The position numbers and the translations under genes were made by a program. 64,000 nucleotides of DNA from Azolla caroliniana. Its lineage: Eukaryota; Plantae; Polypodiophyta. A model generated the notes under the pieces. The model was not told the origin of the DNA, made no database searches, and worked only from the letters and a program-made list of their open reading frames with translations. The stretch's first letter is position 1; each line of letters begins with the position of its first letter. Positions 58,207-64,000 of the stretch are shown here, in pieces. The DNA lies in assembly GCA_043228905.1 (NCBI GenBank), contig JBHGNT010000013.1, forward strand, positions 15,624,001 to 15,688,000, given 5' to 3'.

Positions 58207-58602
58207 TAACAATCGGCAATGGTTTGGTTCGGTTTGAGAGGGTCCAAACCGAACCATTTAAATTTTTTGAAACCTGAACCGAACCGAACCATGAAACCAT
58301 TAAACCATTAAACCATAAAAACCGTGTTTCGTAGTTTGGTTTCGGTTTTCAACATAGGTCAAATTTTTAATTTTTTAAAATTTATAATATTTCATTATTT
58401 AGAATTTTTTTAAATTTTAATATGTTCCTAAAATGTGAGAATAAGGTGTAAAAATGAAAAGATTATTTAAAAAAATTAAAAATTAAAAACTGTTAAATTG
58501 TGGTTTTTGACCGTTGAAACCAAACCGAACTAAACCGTTGAAACCGTTAAGCTGTTAAGCCGCGGTTCGGTTCGGTTCAAACTGAACCGTTGCCGATTGT
58601 TA
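58207..58602. mobile_element. hAT-type MITE (TAACAATCGGCAA family)
   Basis: TIRs TAACAATCGGCAA and TTGCCGATTGTTA, with an 8-bp TSD GTGGCAAG. Confidence 0.9.
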
Positions 58603-58778
58603 GTGGCAAGTCTACGATCGAGGGCAATGACATCCCAAGTGCCTCTATGATTCACTACCTTGTGATTTCCGTTTTTTTATCAAAAACCTATGCAATAAAA
58701 TTTGAGACGATGAATACCTTTGCTCATTTTCCCACAATCTTTCTTACTTTTGTTCCTAGAAGACATGGTGATCCTACA

Positions 58779-59500
58779 TAGCAATGGGCCCGGTTCAGTT
58801 TCGGTTTCTTGGCCTTGAAACCAAACCAAACCATTTATTAATAATAAAAACCGAACCAAACAGTTTTTAATTTTGTGAAGCCATTTAAACTAAACCGTTA
58901 AACCAAACCGTTTAAAGAATAGGAGAAACCAAACCGTTTACGACCATTTTAAAACCAAACCAAACCGGTTTATCATAAATCAAAACCAAACCAAACCATT
59001 TTTTATTGATATTAATCATCATACTTATTATAAATTTGTCTGAGAAAATCATCATAAATTTATTTATCATAAAATTTGTCATCATACTTATCATTAATTT
59101 GGTCATCATACTGATCATAAATTTGATCATTATACTTATCATAAATTTGATCATCATACTTATCATAAATTTGATCATCATACTTATCATAATTGATCAT
59201 CATAAATGAGAAGGAGACTCTACATATAATACATATAAAATTTAATAAGTTAAAACAAGAGTTTAAAATTAAAAGTTGACAGTTATAGTGTATAGAGAAT
59301 TATTTTGAGTATTTTTTAACCTATAAACCTATAAACCGAACCACATAAACAGAAACCAATAAGCTGATAAACCGGTAAATTCAAAATCGATTAGTACATT
59401 TGAAACCAACCAAACCGTTTATTTATCTTTGAACCTATAAACCATTAAGCCACGATTTTTCGGTTCGGTTCGGTTTGAGCCGAAACCGAGCCCATTGCTA
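58779..59500. mobile_element. hAT-type MITE (TAGCAATGGGC family) with an internal 24-bp tandem array
   Basis: TIRs TAGCAATGGGCCCGG and CCGAGCCCATTGCTA, with an 8-bp TSD ATCCTACA. TTATCATAAATTTGATCATCATAC repeats at ~59010-59205. Confidence 0.9.
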
Positions 59501-59674
59501 ATCCTACACATAGCAATTGTACTCCAACCTAGTCAATTTTGTGTGCCCATTAGACCTCCATGAGTTATGGCAACTTTTCACCACTTTTTTGAGCCTTAAT
59601 CACATAACACTCTAATTTTATGAAGACTCAAGAGTCGATATTTACAACGAAAGTTGGGTGTCATCCTACTTAAC

Positions 59675-60068
59675 TAACAATCGGCAACGGTTCGGTTTGA
59701 ACCGAACCGAACTGCGAAACCGCGGCTTAATGGTTTCAACGGTTTGGTTTGGTTTCAACAGTCAAAACCGCGGTTTAAATGGTTAAATGGTTTTTATTTT
59801 TTATTTTTTTATTAAAAAAATTTCTAAAAATTTAAAATTTTGTTTTTAAACAATCTTTTCATTTTTACACCTTATTCTCACACCTTATTCTCACATTTTA
59901 GGAACATCTTTAAAATTTTAAATAATGAAATATTATAAATTTTAAAAAATAAAAAATTTGACCTATGTTGAAAACCGAAACCAAACCATGAAACCACAAT
60001 TTTTACAGTTTAACGGTTTGGTTTGGACCCTCTCAAATCGAACTAAACCGAACCGTTGCCAATTGTTA
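59675..60068. mobile_element. hAT-type MITE (TAACAATCGGCAA family), inverted relative to the 58207 copy
   Basis: TIRs TAACAATCGGCAACGG and CCGTTGCCAATTGTTA, with an 8-bp TSD TACTTAAC. Confidence 0.9.
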
Positions 60069-60959
60069 TACTTAACTTTGCTTGGCTTCTACAATAATGG
60101 CAAGGAGAGTAGGGGGAAGGAAACATGTATCATATGAGAACATTTCATCTCCACCAAAGCTCTCGATTGGCTAACAATGTTGGAAAAAGAAGAGCACTAA
60201 TCCTCGATGGACTATCGAAGTCAACTAGGAAATCATGTGCAAATACTATTTAAGGAGAATACCGCCAACATAATGGATTATGAGCTTGCTGCTATCACAA
60301 ATAATGAATTTATGGAAGATGAACATTTAGATCAAGAGAACCTACCATCTCTTTTTTTCGTTCAAATATTTTTTTCAGTAGTATGAAGCAAAAACACCTG
60401 AAGGCTACAACTTGAGCTTGTCTGCCTATAAGCTTACAATTATTTTTATTTTTATTTCAAAACAAAATATACTTCCATTGGTTTTTAAAAAGGCATATTA
60501 GCTACAACATACAAAACAATTCCAAACAAACATGTTTTCATATAGCATCCTCTCAGCCTCATCAACAAGCATATTCCTTTGTAAGCTTTACATAATTGGG
60601 TATGTGCAACTAAAATGAAGTCCTTAGTTAAGTTCACACTTGAAAGCAACTTCTTATACAAAGCATCATATGCATGTGAATCATCACCATTACTCCGACA
60701 TGTAAGGACTAATTAGAATCCAGTTCCGAAAGTGAGGGTCTCCCTACCATACATCTCACGAAAAACGGTATTATGAGCAATAGATCCACCATATTGTAAT
60801 GCCAATGCATCTCCCATATTTTGATACATATCCATCAGAGCATCTGCTATACTATTGTGTGGATCAACCTTGGGTCTCCCATGTCGAAACCGACCATCTT
60901 CATCTCCACAATTGAGAAAATACTCCCTCCAATTGTCACCAAAACAATTTCATCTCCTC

Positions 60960-61742
60960 GTGGAAATATGCTTCAATCTCAGACGCCATCATCACTCATC
61001 CTTATGTGAAACATAAAGTCTGCTTCATTTAGTCCACATCAATCATCTCGCCTTTTCACCGATTACCACCAAAATCATGTACTAACAACACCAAATGAAT
61101 CTAAAAAACTTTTCCTCGCATCATGATAATATGCTTTAACCCCCACACCATCATCACTCATCCTGATCAAAAAACAGAAAATCAGCTTCCTCAAGTACAC
61201 ATCAACCATATTGTTGTCGCCGATTATCACCAAAATCTTGTACCTACAAAAACAACATGAGTGTACTCTCTACCTCTCCTCATGAAAATATGCTTCAACC
61301 ACCGTGAACATCATCACTCATCCTTATCTAAACTAAAAATTATGCTTCATTATCCGCATCAACCATCTCGAAGATTACCGCGAAAATTGTCTTACATCAA
61401 TAATCTCGCCATCTCGCCGGTTACCACCAAAATCCTGTATTGACAACAACAAATGAGTCTAAAAAAAACTTTTCCTCACCTCATGATAATATGTTTCAAT
61501 CCCCACACCATCATTCATCCTGATAAAAAAATAGAAAATTAGTTTCCTCAAGTCTACATCAACCATCTCGTTGTCGCCGATTATCACCAAAGTCCTGTAC
61601 CTACAAAAACAACATGAGTGTACTCTCTACCTCTCCTCATAAAAAATTTCTTCAACCCCCGCCAACATCATCACTCATCCTTATCTAAACTAAAAAATAT
61701 GCGTCATTGTCCGCATCAACCATCTCAGAGATTACCGCCATG
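60960..61742. repeat. Tandem satellite-like array of ~160-200-bp units with dimeric structure
   Basis: CATCATCACTCATCCT-type anchors occur at ~60987, 61149, 61308, 61508 and 61667. Alternate units resemble each other most. Confidence 0.8.
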
Positions 61743-63179
61743 TTAGAAGGTGTGAGAATTTGCTGCTACACATTGCCATGATTTTCAAGAAAGGGTCCAT
61801 GGAAGTCAATAGTGCCATTGAGGCCCTTGAGTTGACTCTGTAAATAGGAGCAACTTTTTCCATAAGTGAAGAAGTTTCTTCCTTCAAGAGAATCTACCAT
61901 CTTCTACAGCCAATCTTAATAATAACATCACTATTTTTCCTATTAGTAATATTATTGAAGCTAATAATACTAGTTTTAATACCATTATAATATTACTACT
62001 ATCATTAACAATAATACTATTATCAATACTAACACAACAACACATCACCAAACCCACCATCACCACACCACATGTATATATTGTCATCTATAATATTCAC
62101 AAAAACACTTCCACTACACATTATTTACTCTAGATTTTCCTAGCCTCATTAGTGATGCCCACCTCTCATAGAATACAACATCCCCAACATAGCTCATCAT
62201 ATGTTCAAGGATGTCATCCATTGTCCTCCCCCCACACATTCACCACAATTGTCTCACATGTTAACTATTTGTCAGACATCTCAAATCCAACACTACAATT
62301 TGAGGATATCTCACAAACCTATTGGAGATGTAGGAATAAAAGAGGTTAATCTTGTAGTACGATATAGATGCAATGTTTAAAAGCCTATATACCTTCCTAA
62401 ATGCAAAGGAGATGTAATTGTAACAATGTTAAATACAGAGAACTATAAAATTAAACTATAAACCTTTTATAAGGGTTCTTCCCCCCACTACTTAGCTTCC
62501 ACACACATCATTAGCCTATTGTAGATAACCTCATTTAGCACATCACCCACCACCACTTTTCGACACATAATTGCACAAGGATCAATTCATTGCACTAAAA
62601 GCAAAGCAACAACAAGGTATCACACCCATTTTGGCTTGACCAATCTTTACCAACACTTACTTGATGGGTTTGAAACACAAACTGTGCTTCATAATGCATT
62701 GGACAATATTAACAAGGGTGGAGGCCCAGTAACCACCTAAACCATCGTCATGTGACCCCCATCCCATTGTAATTTCTTCTACAACACATGGCTCCTCTTG
62801 ACACATCTCTTTGAGTATTCACTAATTGGGGTAGAGCACACCATTGACATACATATAATCCCCCAAATTTATGTAGCCAAAGTTTATGAATAGTCTCGAG
62901 AAAACCTAATTACCTCTTGAGAGTAGTATCGAGGCATTCCAAAGACCCATTCATGGAACCATTAGATGCCCAACCCCCATGGCAAGTACCCTAATTTGAC
63001 AATCATGAATTTCTATCCCTCAAGTATTTTGGACCAACCCCCATCTTCAAATTTCCATTTCCCCACAAGTGGTATTGATTTGATATCACTACAAGTCAAA
63101 GGATATCTCTCAACCTCCTTTTCAAGTGGTTGATACTCCTTTCCCCACCATCACATTACGATCCCATGAGTAATGCTCC

Positions 63180-63460
63180 CAATCATGGCCTTATTAAATG
63201 ACAAAAACATCAACAAAGTTGATCCTATCATTCAAGTAATGATTCAAATGCTCCAGGTCCAGGGATCCTCCTTGATAGTAACCCTACCTACATTCAACGT
63301 GCACCATCATCACATGAGGATCCCTTTGAGGAGCATATGCTTCGAATCATGGCCTTATTAAATGACAAAAACATTAACAAACATTATCCTATCATCCAAG
63401 CAACTGTTCGAACTCTCCAAACTTCTAGGGATCCTCCTTAATAGTAACCCTACATTCAAG
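63180..63460. repeat. ~165-bp degenerate direct duplication
   Basis: ATCATGGCCTTATTAAATGACAAAAACAT..AGGGATCCTCCTT.ATAGTAACCCTAC occurs at ~63182 and ~63346. Confidence 0.8.
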
Positions 63461-64000
63461 ATGGTTCAATATCACAAATGCATCTATCCTTGTTGGGTTT
63501 AACCCTCAACTAAAATCATGAACCTACACAATATCAACTTGCTAGCATATGGTTTTATTCTCAAGCTCACTCTACATATTTACGTGGCTCCGAAACTATG
63601 GTCAAGACCAAATTTGTTTGCACATATGCATGATTTTGGTGACAACCTTTATTTTTTACCTCTGAGATAGCTACTTACCACTTTTTTGTTAATATTGTCT
63701 TAAAATTGTCATGGTTAACCACACTCACAAGAAAAACCCATCGTACCTCATCATATGTTTTGCCTTTGTCTTTTCTCCACTCTTTCCACACCACCCAATA
63801 TATTGACTTTGTCGACTACCTTCCCCATCATTTTTGTCACTCGTCTAAACCGCCTCAAAACACAATCCCATGCCCCTCTAGTTCTTATTAACAAAAGGAA
63901 ACAACTATAACTAACACCTCTCCACTTGGGGGGTGCACCCAAGAATTTTCACTATTTAGGTGGAGGAGATGTTGAGGAGAGGAGAGTAATTGGGTACCCA

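Noticed and set aside
58912-59209. Ile/Met-rich ORFs on both strands
   Set aside because: Translation of a 24-bp tandem array inside a MITE.

Overview
Gene-rich eukaryotic window from an AT-rich land-plant nuclear genome. The protein types, expanded introns and GA microsatellites suggest a fern or other non-seed plant, but that is inference. Seven spliced genes were reconstructed exon by exon: an OTU deubiquitinase (-), NTF2 (-), inositol polyphosphate multikinase IPK2/IPMK (-), eIF2-alpha (+), a peroxisomal 4CL-like acyl-CoA ligase ending in SRL (+), RPN11 (+) and a B-type cyclin (-). The main observation is a concentration of non-canonical introns: a U12-type AT-AC intron and a GC-AG intron in IPK2, plus GC-AG introns in eIF2-alpha and cyclin B. 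Intergenic and intronic DNA holds TSD-bounded LINE fragments, a tRNA-derived SINE, two Mutator-like fold-back MITEs, a hAT deletion derivative, four hAT MITEs (two forming a large inverted repeat) and short LINE 3'-end stubs inside GA/CT microsatellites. I found no convincing wholly new biological system. Exon coordinates were read by hand and may be off by a few bases.
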